This document shows positions 1 through 10,120 of a stretch of DNA of 41,131 nt, one piece after another (within the stretch, counting starts at the first letter, position 1; every line of letters starts with the position of its first letter). Position numbers and translations under genes: made by a program. The notes under the pieces were generated by a model. The model was not told where the DNA came from. It did not search any database and saw only the letters and a program-made list of their open reading frames with translations. The DNA is from a virus (lineage: Duplodnaviria > Caudoviricetes): positions 1 through 41,131 of the IMG/VR virus record IMGVR_UViG_3300036713_000295. One strand, 5' to 3'.

Positions 1-146
1 AGTTAAAATTCTTCTCATATTTTGACCCCTAATAAAGACAAAATTCCAACGATTAAAGCACCGACTATGATTCTCAATACCCACTCTATCAATGAATCGT
101 ATTTTTCTATTTTAGATTCAATCTCTCTCACATCTTCTTTTGTAGC
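1..146. repeat. Terminal direct repeat, copy 1 (circular assembly overlap)
   Basis: 1-126 is identical to 40986-41111; the next 20 nt carry 4 mismatches. Confidence 0.95.
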
Positions 147-311
147 ATATGATCCCCTGACCTCTTTTGAGAGTCTTTTAACACTCTCTTTGATGTCATC
201 AATACCAGCTTTCATATACTCAAGGTCTTTTGACATAATTAGAATTGCTTTCGAGTTCTCCGACACTTGAGTATCTGCTATGTAGTTGGTACTTTCGTTT
301 TTTTTTGACAT
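15..311 (-). CDS. Coiled-coil protein with C-terminal TM helix (holin/XhlA-hemolysin-like lysis-module membrane protein)
   Basis: 98 aa, ends in WVLRIIVGALIVGILSLLGV; across the circular junction its stop overlaps (ATGA) the start of the gene at 41003. Confidence 0.55.
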   Translation of the reverse strand: MSKKNESTNYIADTQVSENSKAILIMSKDLEYMKAGIDDIKESVKRLSKEVRGSYATKEDVREIESKIEKYDSLIEWVLRIIVGALIVGILSLLGVKI

Positions 312-317
312 TGATTA

Positions 318-497
318 TTATTCTAATATTACGTTCATATTCGTTGTAACTACAAGGCTTCCATCTTTTATTTTGCACTCATAATGAGGTTTGACACTTG
401 CAAATAAATCTACACTATACCCATAGACAACCTTCACGAATAATAGGCTATATAGAGTAAAGAATATTGTATAAAGTAATGATTTGATTCTTTGCAT
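318..497 (-). CDS. Small membrane protein, 59 aa (not in ORF track)
   Basis: Hand translation MQRIKSLLYTIFFTLYSLLFVKVVYG...VILE*; exactly fills the gap between neighbouring genes. Confidence 0.6.
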   Translation of the reverse strand: MQRIKSLLYTIFFTLYSLLFVKVVYGYSVDLFASVKPHYECKIKDGSLVVTTNMNVILE

Positions 498-499
498 TT

Positions 500-694
500 T
501 TATAATGTGTCTATAGATAAATACAGAATTAAATCTCGAACAGTAATCGCTGGATTGGGATCTTTTTCAAGGTCAAATTCAAAATAATCACCTACGCTTT
601 TATTAAATGGTCCTAAAACCTCATTAGCTTTCTCTATTGATATACAGGTATTGCTCTGTTTCCTTAGATATGTTTTTGCTTCTTGTTTTGTCAT
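500..694 (-). CDS. Hypothetical protein
   Basis: 64-aa ORF tightly packed in the operon. Confidence 0.65.
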   Translation of the reverse strand: MTKQEAKTYLRKQSNTCISIEKANEVLGPFNKSVGDYFEFDLEKDPNPAITVRDLILYLSIDTL

Positions 695-701
695 AAAAAC
701 C

Positions 702-2282
702 TTATGCTAATTTTACTGATATTCCCATAGAACCAACTAGAGTGTAACAATCTTGTGCAGAGCTTGGATTCTCTGCAATAATAGCAAGATAGTTTCTTGT
801 ATTAGTTGGTAAGTTGGTTGTGTGTGTGGCGAGTAGTGTTTCATTACAATAGAATTTAATATCTGTACCGCTTGTGTAATGAGCCCAAAGTATATAGGAG
901 TAGTTGCCAATACCTGGCAAGGATGATGTCACATCAGTTTCGGTTAAGGCAACGCCCTTATTGTATGCGTACATTGTTCCAGTTCCAGATGATATATCGA
1001 GTCTAAATCCAAAGTTGTGCCAATTATCAGCATTAGCATCATTAGTCTCACCATGCGACCACTTAATGTTACCGTTGCCAGACCCAGTCGATATATATTG
1101 AATGTTCCACCAAACAATAGGGTCTACATCGTTTTCATCTACTGCTATAGCTGCACCAATTCCAAGCCCATTTGCAGATACACGTGCTTTAGAACTAGCT
1201 GTGGAGTTTGTTCGCACCCTAACTCCGTTGTCAACATCTTCTATTGCCCCTGATCCAGACAAGCTTCTAGAAAATCTAGTGGCAGTAGAAACATTGATAA
1301 AATCAGTTGAATTGGCAATCCTAATCTCACTGCCCCCACCACCTGCTGGGGTTTCTGCGTTCCAGTCTGTACCATCAAATGTGAGTACGTCTCCATCTGC
1401 TGGGGTTTTAGATTTATCTGTATCAACTCCAGAGTGTGCGTCTATGGATATGCTTCCCAAGGCAGTAGTTACATTAGTTGCATCTGTAACATCTGCACTA
1501 GCTTCAATTCCATCTAATTTGCTGTGATCTGCGTCTGTAAATGCGTTCGTATCAGCTTCGCCCTCATAAGCAGCTTTGATCTCTGCTCCTGTTTGGTCTG
1601 CTGTAGCTCCATCTTCTACATTTAAATATGATCTAACACTGGCAACTGTGCTGGTTTGATATCCACCCAAGCCATCGGCAGTGATCATGTTACCCTCAAC
1701 ACCTGGTGTCAATCCTGCCAGAGAATCTAATTGTGCATCATGTGCCTGTACGTCTGAGCCTATAGCTAAGCCGAGATTTGTTCTAGCTGTTGCCACGTTT
1801 GCAACATCAGAAAGATTGTTTGATGCGAGCATATCTCCACCACCTGTGATCGATTGCCATGAACAAGTACCATCTCCATCTTCTCTTAGATATTTAGTTC
1901 CCCCTACTTCTCCAGTAGATTTAATTTCTGTACCTTCTATGTCAACGTATGCACCATCAACTGCTGTACCTTGCCATGTACCAGTAGTTACAGTTCCAAC
2001 GGTAGTAACATTTGCAGAACCCTGGTATCCGTCTTTTAATCCATCTGGGGTAACTGCTCTTGTTGCATCTGCACCAGTTGTAGTTTCTGCTGTGGTTGCA
2101 AGTTCTACCTTTCCTTTTGTAGTAGAGTCCGCATCTGGTACTATGTTTTTTAGGTCTGATACTAATACGTGTTTATCAGATCCATTGGCATTATCTGTTG
2201 TATCAGATACATCTACTATGTATAGTTTGTCACCATCCGCAGGTGTGCCACCTATGTCTGGTTTTTCTGTTATGTTTGCCAT
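702..2282 (-). CDS. Tail fibre/spike-like structural protein
   Basis: 526 aa, rich in G/T/A/D; fibre motifs ADSTTKGKVELATTAE...AVTP and NNLSDVANVATARTNLGL; beta-rich C-terminal domain. Confidence 0.75.
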   Translation of the reverse strand: MANITEKPDIGGTPADGDKLYIVDVSDTTDNANGSDKHVLVSDLKNIVPDADSTTKGKVELATTAETTTGADATRAVTPDGLKDGYQGSANVTTVGTVTTGTWQGTAVDGAYVDIEGTEIKSTGEVGGTKYLREDGDGTCSWQSITGGGDMLASNNLSDVANVATARTNLGLAIGSDVQAHDAQLDSLAGLTPGVEGNMITADGLGGYQTSTVASVRSYLNVEDGATADQTGAEIKAAYEGEADTNAFTDADHSKLDGIEASADVTDATNVTTALGSISIDAHSGVDTDKSKTPADGDVLTFDGTDWNAETPAGGGGSEIRIANSTDFINVSTATRFSRSLSGSGAIEDVDNGVRVRTNSTASSKARVSANGLGIGAAIAVDENDVDPIVWWNIQYISTGSGNGNIKWSHGETNDANADNWHNFGFRLDISSGTGTMYAYNKGVALTETDVTSSLPGIGNYSYILWAHYTSGTDIKFYCNETLLATHTTNLPTNTRNYLAIIAENPSSAQDCYTLVGSMGISVKLA

Positions 2283-2302
2283 ATTTTTCCTTTATTAATT
2301 AA

Positions 2303-2674
2303 TTATCCCATAAATTCCATACTTGTTCCGTCCATAAACTCTAAATCATTTCCTGCCATATCATCAAAGTTGCCATCAGCCGTCGCCGCTCCGCTTCCTG
2401 CTGTTAGTAATTCAAAGTTTCCATTGCTATTATATTGACCCTGCACAGCAACGTATGTACCAGGGTTGTTAATGTCCTCTGCCACTATCACCATTTGTGC
2501 TGGGCCAGCAATCCGTGTAACCAGCTCGCCATCAGAGTTGACAAGTATGTTTCTATAATTACCAGCAGCATCAATCCCCATTATTCCCTCTCTGGGTATA
2601 ACAGGTGAGACATTCTTGTCTGCGGATTCATTCTTTAGTCTTTGTAGTGTTAGTTCTGTTGCTGTTTTAGTCAT
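2303..2674 (-). CDS. Putative virion protein
   Basis: 123 aa, coupled to the upstream gene and lying next to the fibre gene. Confidence 0.55.
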   Translation of the reverse strand: MTKTATELTLQRLKNESADKNVSPVIPREGIMGIDAAGNYRNILVNSDGELVTRIAGPAQMVIVAEDINNPGTYVAVQGQYNSNGNFELLTAGSGAATADGNFDDMAGNDLEFMDGTSMEFMG

Positions 2675-4161
2675 TATCTTCCAAATAGGCTTTGAATAAT
2701 ATTTCTACCAGCTGGGACACCAAGCGACCTTGGAACCTGGGACTTTATGGCTCTTTTTATTGGATCTTCAGCTATTCTTTTGCCAGTTCCCTGTGCAAAC
2801 TTAGCTAAGCTAGGCTTGCTAATGCTTTTCACAAGCTGTGGAGCTTGAGAAGCTGCTCCTAATATACCAACAATGGGGCTCCATATAGCTGTTGATCCAG
2901 CCGCTGCCATTTTTGCTGTGTTGGCCAAAACATCATCCATTGATTGTTGCGCCAGTTGTTTTTGTAATTTCAAACCATTGTCAATGATTGCTGATTTCCA
3001 TGCGTATCTTTCTGACATTTCTCTTAAAGCTGCTTCTGTTCCATCAATTTCCTTAATCATTGATAGGGCTGCCCATCCAGCTTCTGCTCCAGAAGCAGAG
3101 TTAACGGCCGACTTAACCTTCCCAGCCTTGGTAAAAACTCCATTCATGGCATCTTTTTTGAAATCATAGAGCTCTAGTGGTGATATGTTATCTGGTAGAT
3201 GCTCTTTGGCAAACTCTATGGCAGCGTCAGTTATTTTGTCATTACCAGCCTTGGACCTATTGTTTTCAACAATCTCCAGTAAATCTGTCTTTTTGAAAAC
3301 CCTGTCGCTTTCTTTTAACACTGGAGCCATTTGTTCTTTGTAAATTTCCCCAATTTGTTTGTCCATTTTAATATCGCCATTAAATCTCCAGTTGCCAAAC
3401 TTATCCTTCGATTTTCTCAACAAGTCGTCCGCATCAATTCCAACTTTTTTTGCGCCATCATTAACGTTTTCATATAATTTCTCTAATGTTTGCCTAGCCC
3501 TCTTTCCAGTGTTGGCATAAAAAGTATTTAAGTCATCGGCTCCGATTGGGCCCTTTTTTGCAAATTTATCTTTAATCTTTTTAACAACCTTCCCGCCAGC
3601 TTGAAGCGCCTTGTCTATGGTGTAGCTAAGAGCCGCTGTCTCAGCCCCCTCTTTAAGTGGCTTTAGTCCAGCCTCGATTGGGAGATCATCTTGTCTCCCG
3701 GTTAGGTCTTGATATGACTCTCTAATTGTTGCTGTTCCAGCCCTAGCGGCCCCCGTGGTGGCGGCAGATACCCTTCTTGCCCCCTCTGGCCCCCCAGTGG
3801 CAAAACCAACTAGGTTCCCCAGCATTCCAGCTCCGGCTTCTAGCGCAAATCCGCCAACCCCACCAGCTATCTCTACTCCCTTTTGAAGTTTGGACTTTGG
3901 CTTCTCTAGGTTTCTATATTTGCTTACTATAGCTCCCTGAGCTGTTTTTTGAGCAAATGTGCCGGGCTCTTCAGCCGATATTCTTCTCATTTCCTCAATT
4001 TTATTCATCTCGTCTCTGGTTACCCCTTTTGGAAGCTCTTTCTTTTTAGATAGCCCAGCTTGAGAGAAAACATCACTCATGTCTTGTTCTGTTGGAGGGT
4101 TATCCCCAGTAAATTTAAACTTTTTGCCAGTTTCCTCATGGGTTATTAGGTAGTCTGTCAT
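2674..4161 (-). CDS. Putative internal/ejection (DNA-transfer) protein
   Basis: Helical, A/G/K-rich with hydrophobic GxxxG stretches; position typical of podovirus ejection genes; start placed at MTDYL (4161) to avoid overlap. Confidence 0.55.
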   Translation of the reverse strand: MTDYLITHEETGKKFKFTGDNPPTEQDMSDVFSQAGLSKKKELPKGVTRDEMNKIEEMRRISAEEPGTFAQKTAQGAIVSKYRNLEKPKSKLQKGVEIAGGVGGFALEAGAGMLGNLVGFATGGPEGARRVSAATTGAARAGTATIRESYQDLTGRQDDLPIEAGLKPLKEGAETAALSYTIDKALQAGGKVVKKIKDKFAKKGPIGADDLNTFYANTGKRARQTLEKLYENVNDGAKKVGIDADDLLRKSKDKFGNWRFNGDIKMDKQIGEIYKEQMAPVLKESDRVFKKTDLLEIVENNRSKAGNDKITDAAIEFAKEHLPDNISPLELYDFKKDAMNGVFTKAGKVKSAVNSASGAEAGWAALSMIKEIDGTEAALREMSERYAWKSAIIDNGLKLQKQLAQQSMDDVLANTAKMAAAGSTAIWSPIVGILGAASQAPQLVKSISKPSLAKFAQGTGKRIAEDPIKRAIKSQVPRSLGVPAGRNIIQSLFGR

Positions 4162-4162
4162 T

Positions 4163-5212
4163 TTATAACTCCTCCCATTTTCCACCACTTTTTGTTGACC
4201 CAGACTTAGCTGATTCTTCAGCCTTACCGGCTTCTAAAACCATTGGGTCATCTATGCTTATTCCTACACTTGTGGATAAAATCTCGTCAAGGTCTCGCCA
4301 CTTTTTCTCAGCATCTTCTTGAGAATCAAACCTGCTTGGAAGAGCGTCCATGATTCTCATTGCGTCAGTGTCGGTAAGAACTCCGGTGTCGCCAGTAATG
4401 CCCTTAAGAGTGGCAACCAAAGATTTTCTCTTGTCTTTATAAATCTTCATGGCAGATGGTTTGTTAACCAGCCTTCTTCCAAATGAGCCAATGCTTAAAC
4501 CAAGCCCCCCAAGAATACCCTGGCTTAAATCATCCTGATCACCTTCTTCCCCCTCCCATAGTTCTTTCATTTGGGATAAAGACTTTAGTGTGATTACATC
4601 ATCTTTTCCAAGCCACTCGTTTAATTCTAGTTGTTCTCCAGCTTGGATTTTAGCTAATAAATCTCTTGCCCTAGCTCCCCTTTCTTTTTCTGTTTTTCCA
4701 AGCCACACCTGGGTTCCAAGTTTTTCTCTGATTGCAGAAACAGCCTCTCCGTCTGGGAGATTACTATAAAGAGCTGTTCCCATTTCTTTCATCTCAGCGT
4801 CACTCATTCTTCTTGGCTCATCGAGTATGTTGCCCTGCTCATCATAAATGCTTAAACCCTTCATGTTGGCTTCAAGTTCTTGTTCTCTTAGGGCTATTTG
4901 AGTGTCAGCCAGTTGTTGTTCATAGGCATCTTGTTGTTTTTTAAGAGATGTCATCTGACTTAAAACTTCCAAAACATTCTTTTGACCATATTCATAGTCT
5001 GCAGCAGCAAACCTATCAGCCGCCCCCATCCCCCTAGAAATTGTCTCTGTTGGGCTCATGCCCTTGGGGAGTTGGGAGGTGTCTCCAATCATAGATGCTG
5101 TTTCTTGCTGCCCTGGTTTTAGTTCGCTAACTTTTGATGAGAGCCCCTGTGCTTTTTCAAGCTCAGAGTTTAGTCTCTCTGCTAATGATTCGTATGTAAT
5201 TTCTTCTGCCAT
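4163..5212 (-). CDS. Putative internal/ejection protein
   Basis: 349 aa, helical; motif GDTGVLTDTDA; synteny. Confidence 0.5.
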   Translation of the reverse strand: MAEEITYESLAERLNSELEKAQGLSSKVSELKPGQQETASMIGDTSQLPKGMSPTETISRGMGAADRFAAADYEYGQKNVLEVLSQMTSLKKQQDAYEQQLADTQIALREQELEANMKGLSIYDEQGNILDEPRRMSDAEMKEMGTALYSNLPDGEAVSAIREKLGTQVWLGKTEKERGARARDLLAKIQAGEQLELNEWLGKDDVITLKSLSQMKELWEGEEGDQDDLSQGILGGLGLSIGSFGRRLVNKPSAMKIYKDKRKSLVATLKGITGDTGVLTDTDAMRIMDALPSRFDSQEDAEKKWRDLDEILSTSVGISIDDPMVLEAGKAEESAKSGSTKSGGKWEEL

Positions 5213-5213
5213 A

Positions 5214-5918
5214 TTATTTTGTCCTTATAAAACCCACAATTGATGGGTCATCTAGTCTAATTTTTCGATTGTGCGTAACTCTCTTATCCCAGTTCCAGTT
5301 GGATTCAGTGAGGGTTGCGGTTCCATCAGGGTTAATTTTATTTATTACAGCTACATGTCCCCACTTGGTTCCAGGGTCGATAATAACAGTGTGTCCTGCC
5401 TCTGGGGCATCCTCTCCTGGCTTAAATCCGTGTCCACCTGCTCTATATCTTTCAATCGACTCCTTCTTCTGTTTAATTGTATCTCCAACAGTCCATCTAC
5501 TTCCGTTTTCTAACTTCACCACATTTTGAGCATAAACCCCACAGTGCCCACCCACGGTGCCTTCTGGAACAGAGGTAATATCTTCTCTTGAGAGGTCTCT
5601 GTTGGCATAATCAATTTCTATGTTTGCTGTTGGAGTTAAACTATCTGCTTGAGGTGCGTTGGCTTGGTGCACAGCCACCTCATCCTGTGGGTCTGGTAGT
5701 TGTGCCAAAAGAGCGTTAATTGTGTTGTGTTTTTGTTCCATCTTGGCAACCGTCTGTTTTTTAGCCCCAAGCATTGCGCTAACTGGACTCTGGTCGTTCT
5801 TAAATGCCTCAAAATCGGATCTAAACTCCGGAACATCTATCTGTGACGGCTCTGGCCTTATAGACTGATTTTCCTGCCCCTGGTATTCTGATAAGTCTTG
5901 TTTAAAGTTAAACGCCAT
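5214..5918 (-). CDS. Virion-associated CHAP-domain peptidoglycan hydrolase
   Basis: GHCGVYA (catalytic Cys), KWGHVAVI (catalytic His) and LTESNW match the CHAP pattern. Confidence 0.8.
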   Translation of the reverse strand: MAFNFKQDLSEYQGQENQSIRPEPSQIDVPEFRSDFEAFKNDQSPVSAMLGAKKQTVAKMEQKHNTINALLAQLPDPQDEVAVHQANAPQADSLTPTANIEIDYANRDLSREDITSVPEGTVGGHCGVYAQNVVKLENGSRWTVGDTIKQKKESIERYRAGGHGFKPGEDAPEAGHTVIIDPGTKWGHVAVINKINPDGTATLTESNWNWDKRVTHNRKIRLDDPSIVGFIRTK

Positions 5919-6669
5919 ATTGATCCCTAAATGCTCTGTCTAATTTGTTTTGTTCAATTAGCTCAGATCCTCTTTCATATTCACCGCGCTCTGTCCTGTC
6001 AATTGCGGCTAGTTTCTTTGAAAGATCTCTTTCTGCTCCCTCCATACCTCTGTTATAGTCAAACTGAGTGTCTTGCCCTAGTCTTCTGTATTTGCTTGTA
6101 ATATCCTCAGTGTTTCTTTCACTTTGTATTTTACCAAGTCTTCTATCCTCATCCCTTAAGGCTTGCCTGTATGCAAAAACTCTTTCCTTTGGATCAACAA
6201 TATTAACTTTTCTCTCCTCAGCTACCTCTGCCTCTTGCCTTTTTTGGATTCCAGAACCAAGCATGCCTCTTGAGCTTGCTGCTTGAGCAACTTGCTTTTT
6301 TTCTTTTTCTGAAGCTAGGGATTGTTGTTTTCTAAACTCAATTTCTTCTTTGCGTTGCTCTGAGTCCTCCATGTCTTTTTTCTTGAGGAAGTTGGCAATA
6401 TCTTCTTTTTCTCTGCCAGTGAATTTTTCAAAGTCATAGGGAACCCTGCCAATTCTCTCTTCCAGGGTGTTGGCCACCTTAGCAAAAAAACCAGCCCTGG
6501 CTGTGTCGTCTGTGCCAAGAGCAAACTCAAATTGCTTCTTTAAAAATTTAGTAACAAAAGCAAAGTCGCCCTGCGCCTCTTCTTTGAGATCATCAATATA
6601 TTTGTTGATTTTGTCATAAAGACCCCGGTCTTCTGACTTTACTTTTTCTTTTAGATCTTCTGTTGCCAT
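5908..6669 (-). CDS. Coiled-coil putative internal virion protein
   Basis: Highly charged helical protein with an SRGMLGSG motif; synteny. Confidence 0.5.
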   Translation of the reverse strand: MATEDLKEKVKSEDRGLYDKINKYIDDLKEEAQGDFAFVTKFLKKQFEFALGTDDTARAGFFAKVANTLEERIGRVPYDFEKFTGREKEDIANFLKKKDMEDSEQRKEEIEFRKQQSLASEKEKKQVAQAASSRGMLGSGIQKRQEAEVAEERKVNIVDPKERVFAYRQALRDEDRRLGKIQSERNTEDITSKYRRLGQDTQFDYNRGMEGAERDLSKKLAAIDRTERGEYERGSELIEQNKLDRAFRDQYGV

Positions 6670-6678
6670 AATTACTTT

Positions 6679-7800
6679 CTAAAATATAAATGCTCCTCCA
6701 CCGCAGTATGATTGACCACCTGTTGAGGTGCTAGCTGATGGGCTTGTTGTTCCAGATATACTACATGATTCTATTCTAATACGACCCACCCCTGAGTCAC
6801 CGCCTTTTTCTGAGCTGGGTGTTGCTGCTCCCCCAGTAGCCCCAGAGGCAGTTATCTTGCCTGATCCAGCGTTAAAATACTGTGATTTAATCAAGATGCT
6901 TCCTCCAGATCCAGCCCCACTAGCAACTAAATCATCGGTGCTGCCGATATTCTGCCCGTCAAGACCATTGTTTCCATTCGCCCTAAGCTCAGTAGATGTG
7001 CTAATAGACTTAGCATAAACCACTATAATTCCACCACTATTTCCACCAGTTTTTCCAGCCCCACCAGTTCCTCCTCCACCAGCTCCACCAGCTCCTCCAA
7101 AAGTAAGAGTTGAAAGGTTTGCCGCCCCAGTTGTTAATCCGCCTTTACCTCCGTTTGGCTTACTGTCGCCTCCGTTTATGTGATCCTGTCGCTGTCCATT
7201 TTCGCCAGAGCTACCATGTCCTCCACCCGCACCACTACCATCTCCGCCTGTGCTTACACCATTTGCACCACCACCACCGCCACTACTATTAGAATCTTGC
7301 AAGTTTTGAGAAGCTCCAGACGTATTTTCTCCACAACCTGCTCGGCCCTCAAATGATGTATTACCTACTCCACCCCTATATCCTTTGCCATTCGCATTTA
7401 TTGTTCCTGAAAACACCCCATTACAGGCTATAACAAAAAGTCCTCCAGTGTCTCCGTTCCAGGCGGGGATAGTTAGGCTACCAGACACACCAGTGGCTTG
7501 TGGAACAACAACTACCTGGGCTTGTGAATCTCCTGAGTCAGAATATGTATTCTCTAGGGGATGTACTAGGCTTATTGTTCCAGCCACGTAACTGGCAATG
7601 GTGTTATCCTCATATTTACCAACATTAGAGCCACCCCTTGACTGGTGGATAAAAATTCTTTGCCCCGCTGAGAAAGAGGCATTTGTAGCTGTTAAGCTAG
7701 TAGACCCACTTGACCCAGAGCAACTAGATCTAATTTGTGTATAAGAGCTAAGGTTAATAGAGCCGTCAGCTCCGTTTCCCAGCCCGAGAAATCTAGCCAT
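6679..7800 (-). CDS. Glycine-rich structural/tail-associated protein
   Basis: Long GGxGG runs; GGIIVVYA and GSGGSILI repeats. Confidence 0.7.
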   Translation of the reverse strand: MARFLGLGNGADGSINLSSYTQIRSSCSGSSGSTSLTATNASFSAGQRIFIHQSRGGSNVGKYEDNTIASYVAGTISLVHPLENTYSDSGDSQAQVVVVPQATGVSGSLTIPAWNGDTGGLFVIACNGVFSGTINANGKGYRGGVGNTSFEGRAGCGENTSGASQNLQDSNSSGGGGGANGVSTGGDGSGAGGGHGSSGENGQRQDHINGGDSKPNGGKGGLTTGAANLSTLTFGGAGGAGGGGTGGAGKTGGNSGGIIVVYAKSISTSTELRANGNNGLDGQNIGSTDDLVASGAGSGGSILIKSQYFNAGSGKITASGATGGAATPSSEKGGDSGVGRIRIESCSISGTTSPSASTSTGGQSYCGGGAFIF

Positions 7801-8036
7801 TATTTTTCCTTTTTATATTCAATTACCATTTTAGCCTCATAGCCAGGCTCAACCGCAGTTCTCATTCCGCTCATATCTCCGCCAAGCTCATCTGGTAATC
7901 TTACTTCTTCAGTGAAAGCCTTCATGTGCATAGCACAAGCATCTTTTCCAGATGGTTGAACGACTTCAACTGCCTCAACTTCTGTCTCGCAGAAGTCGCA
8001 TACTCTATATTCGATTGTTTTTGTTTTCTTTGCCAT
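7800..8036 (-). CDS. Small protein with possible zinc-binding motif
   Basis: CDFC...C-x2-H; start/stop overlap with neighbours. Confidence 0.55.
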   Translation of the reverse strand: MAKKTKTIEYRVCDFCETEVEAVEVVQPSGKDACAMHMKAFTEEVRLPDELGGDMSGMRTAVEPGYEAKMVIEYKKEK

Positions 8037-8037
8037 T

Positions 8038-8586
8038 TTATGCCTTTATGGTTACTGTTATATCTGCACCTGCCGTGCTACTTCCTACCTGATCGATGTC
8101 CAGTGTGAGAACATCGCCCTCAGCTATTGATGTGGTGTCAAAACTTGTTTGAGTTCCACTTGTTGCTGATGCCGCAATTGTAGCCCTATTAGCCTGTGTT
8201 GTATTCCAAATAGAAGTTCCATTCTTGTTTATATCAACAATGATTGAAGCTCCCATGGGTGCTGTCTTTACATTCACATAAACCTTGCTTATGGTTAAAG
8301 CTCCTGTTGCTACCAAAAGAGGTGCAACGCTTGTTCCTGTGGTTAGTGTTCCTGTTACTGTAAATACTAACCCCTTTGGAATTGCTTTTGAGTTAATGCC
8401 ATCATGATCGTGTCCAGAAGAGGTATCAAACGCTAGCTTGCTTTCCTCTATTCCGGCATCGCTGGCCATATTGTCGTTATCTAACGAGGCAAGAGCGTTG
8501 AAAAGAGCGTTTTCATTAGCGTTGTTCTCATCTGGATTAATTGTTTCTCCATCTGCATATGTATATTGTCTTGTTGGTATTGCCAT
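8038..8586 (-). CDS. Tail fibre/baseplate-type structural protein
   Basis: N-terminal Y-x-DGETI...NANE virion-anchor-like segment; GHDHDG; T-rich beta C-terminus. Confidence 0.6.
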   Translation of the reverse strand: MAIPTRQYTYADGETINPDENNANENALFNALASLDNDNMASDAGIEESKLAFDTSSGHDHDGINSKAIPKGLVFTVTGTLTTGTSVAPLLVATGALTISKVYVNVKTAPMGASIIVDINKNGTSIWNTTQANRATIAASATSGTQTSFDTTSIAEGDVLTLDIDQVGSSTAGADITVTIKA

Positions 8587-8593
8587 AAAATCC

Positions 8594-10120
8594 TTACTTT
8601 ATTTTTTTCTTTTTAATAGCCACGGTAAACGGATAAAGCGTTACTGGCTGACTATTTCCTGTATTTTTAAATCTAATCATCAACTGAGAACTTCCTATTT
8701 TAAAAGCAATTTTATCTTTTACCTCAGTTGTTCTCGACCACGTATCTGTGCCCCACTTGGCCGTATTCCACACATTTCCTTGTTTTAGGTTTTTAGAATC
8801 TTGATAAGTAAATGTTGTGCCATCTAGGGATGTGTAGATGTCTAAATCATAATCCCCACTTCCTTTTGCTCCGTATTTCATAAACCTAAATGTTTTCTTC
8901 ATCTCTGGTGAACCACCATCAATCATGGAACCCTTGACGTCCATATCAATGTTTCCAACCTCATCTGAGTCCCCAGTTTCCCCCTGAAGAACGTTGGTTA
9001 GCAGTGAATCCCCATAGTGAAGCTGCGGAACACCACCGCTTAAGTGGATATTGTAGCAATATGGTGTCCAGTTGGCATATGTGTACCATGGGTGAGGATT
9101 AAATGGGTTATCCAGGCTTATTCTGGTGTTAGCAACCATTGTTATTGTGTTGGTTGTTGACGATCCAGTTGGGATAGACATATAAACCTTGTTATCAAAG
9201 AATACCCCACAAATCTTGCTATAAGCAGATTTATTAATTGAGTCTATGGTGGAGTTAATGTTCTCAGAAACGATACCCATGAGTGGAACCGAGCCCTCCT
9301 CATTTCTCTTTACGCTCCTAAAACCATCATCGCTAGCAAACCACAAATCATTGCCAACCTGCACGATAGATTTGGCAGAAACACAGCCAACACTATTTGA
9401 TATGCTCACCAGGTTGTTTACACTAGAGGATAGCTTCCATGCATCTGGGTTTGATCCAGACATGATATAGATAGATTTCCTTTTAAAAATTACCAAGAAT
9501 TCCCCCAAGGGGTATATGCCGGTAATTGATTGTCCGTCTGACTTACCAACGTCAAAATAGTCTGTTCCCGTGGTCATTGTGTCTGGGTCTCCAAGGTTGG
9601 AGAAAAACACCCTGTTCTTATAGCTAGCCCCCCCAATGGCGGCATCTCCAGCTATAAAAAAGTAGTTTTTCCACCAAGCTGAATATAGCCCCTTTGGATA
9701 GCTTGTCCCAAGGTCTGAGACCGCAGATCCATCATATGAGTGAGTGTTGTCTGTGCCATTGGAGATATAAACCTTATTATTTGCCTGGGTAAACCATGTG
9801 TCTAGCCCCGTGGTAAAGCCAGTGTCTATATTCGTCCATGTTCCAGAGTTGTTGTACTGAAGATTTGTCGTCTCCATCCTAAGCTCTTTGGTGACTCCGG
9901 CATCTGTGATAAATGTAAAAAGCCCAACGACCGGCTCTTCCGTTGCTAGCTCATTGCCAACATAGGTATTGCCATTTCTTTTGTTTAATACCCCTTTTGA
10001 GTCGGTTATAGCATCCTGAATAAGGGTACACTCATTCTCATTAAGCTGGTCTGGCTCATCAGAGTCATTTTGACCGCCTGTAAAAGAGTTTTTCAGATAG
10101 TAGTAATAGTTTCTGGCCAT
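8594..10120 (-). CDS. Tail tubular/nozzle protein (P22 gp10 / T7 gp12-like)
   Basis: 508 aa, beta-propeller-like; FTGGQN, KRNG, RVFFS, GCVS motifs; follows the adaptor gene. Confidence 0.65.
   Translation of the reverse strand: MARNYYYYLKNSFTGGQNDSDEPDQLNENECTLIQDAITDSKGVLNKRNGNTYVGNELATEEPVVGLFTFITDAGVTKELRMETTNLQYNNSGTWTNIDTGFTTGLDTWFTQANNKVYISNGTDNTHSYDGSAVSDLGTSYPKGLYSAWWKNYFFIAGDAAIGGASYKNRVFFSNLGDPDTMTTGTDYFDVGKSDGQSITGIYPLGEFLVIFKRKSIYIMSGSNPDAWKLSSSVNNLVSISNSVGCVSAKSIVQVGNDLWFASDDGFRSVKRNEEGSVPLMGIVSENINSTIDSINKSAYSKICGVFFDNKVYMSIPTGSSTTNTITMVANTRISLDNPFNPHPWYTYANWTPYCYNIHLSGGVPQLHYGDSLLTNVLQGETGDSDEVGNIDMDVKGSMIDGGSPEMKKTFRFMKYGAKGSGDYDLDIYTSLDGTTFTYQDSKNLKQGNVWNTAKWGTDTWSRTTEVKDKIAFKIGSSQLMIRFKNTGNSQPVTLYPFTVAIKKKKIK

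Noticed and set aside
1681-2298. Long + strand ORFs opposite structural genes (also 1102-1527, 27987-28544 and others)
   Set aside because: Antisense shadows with no motifs or RBS; the minus-strand genes explain the sequence.
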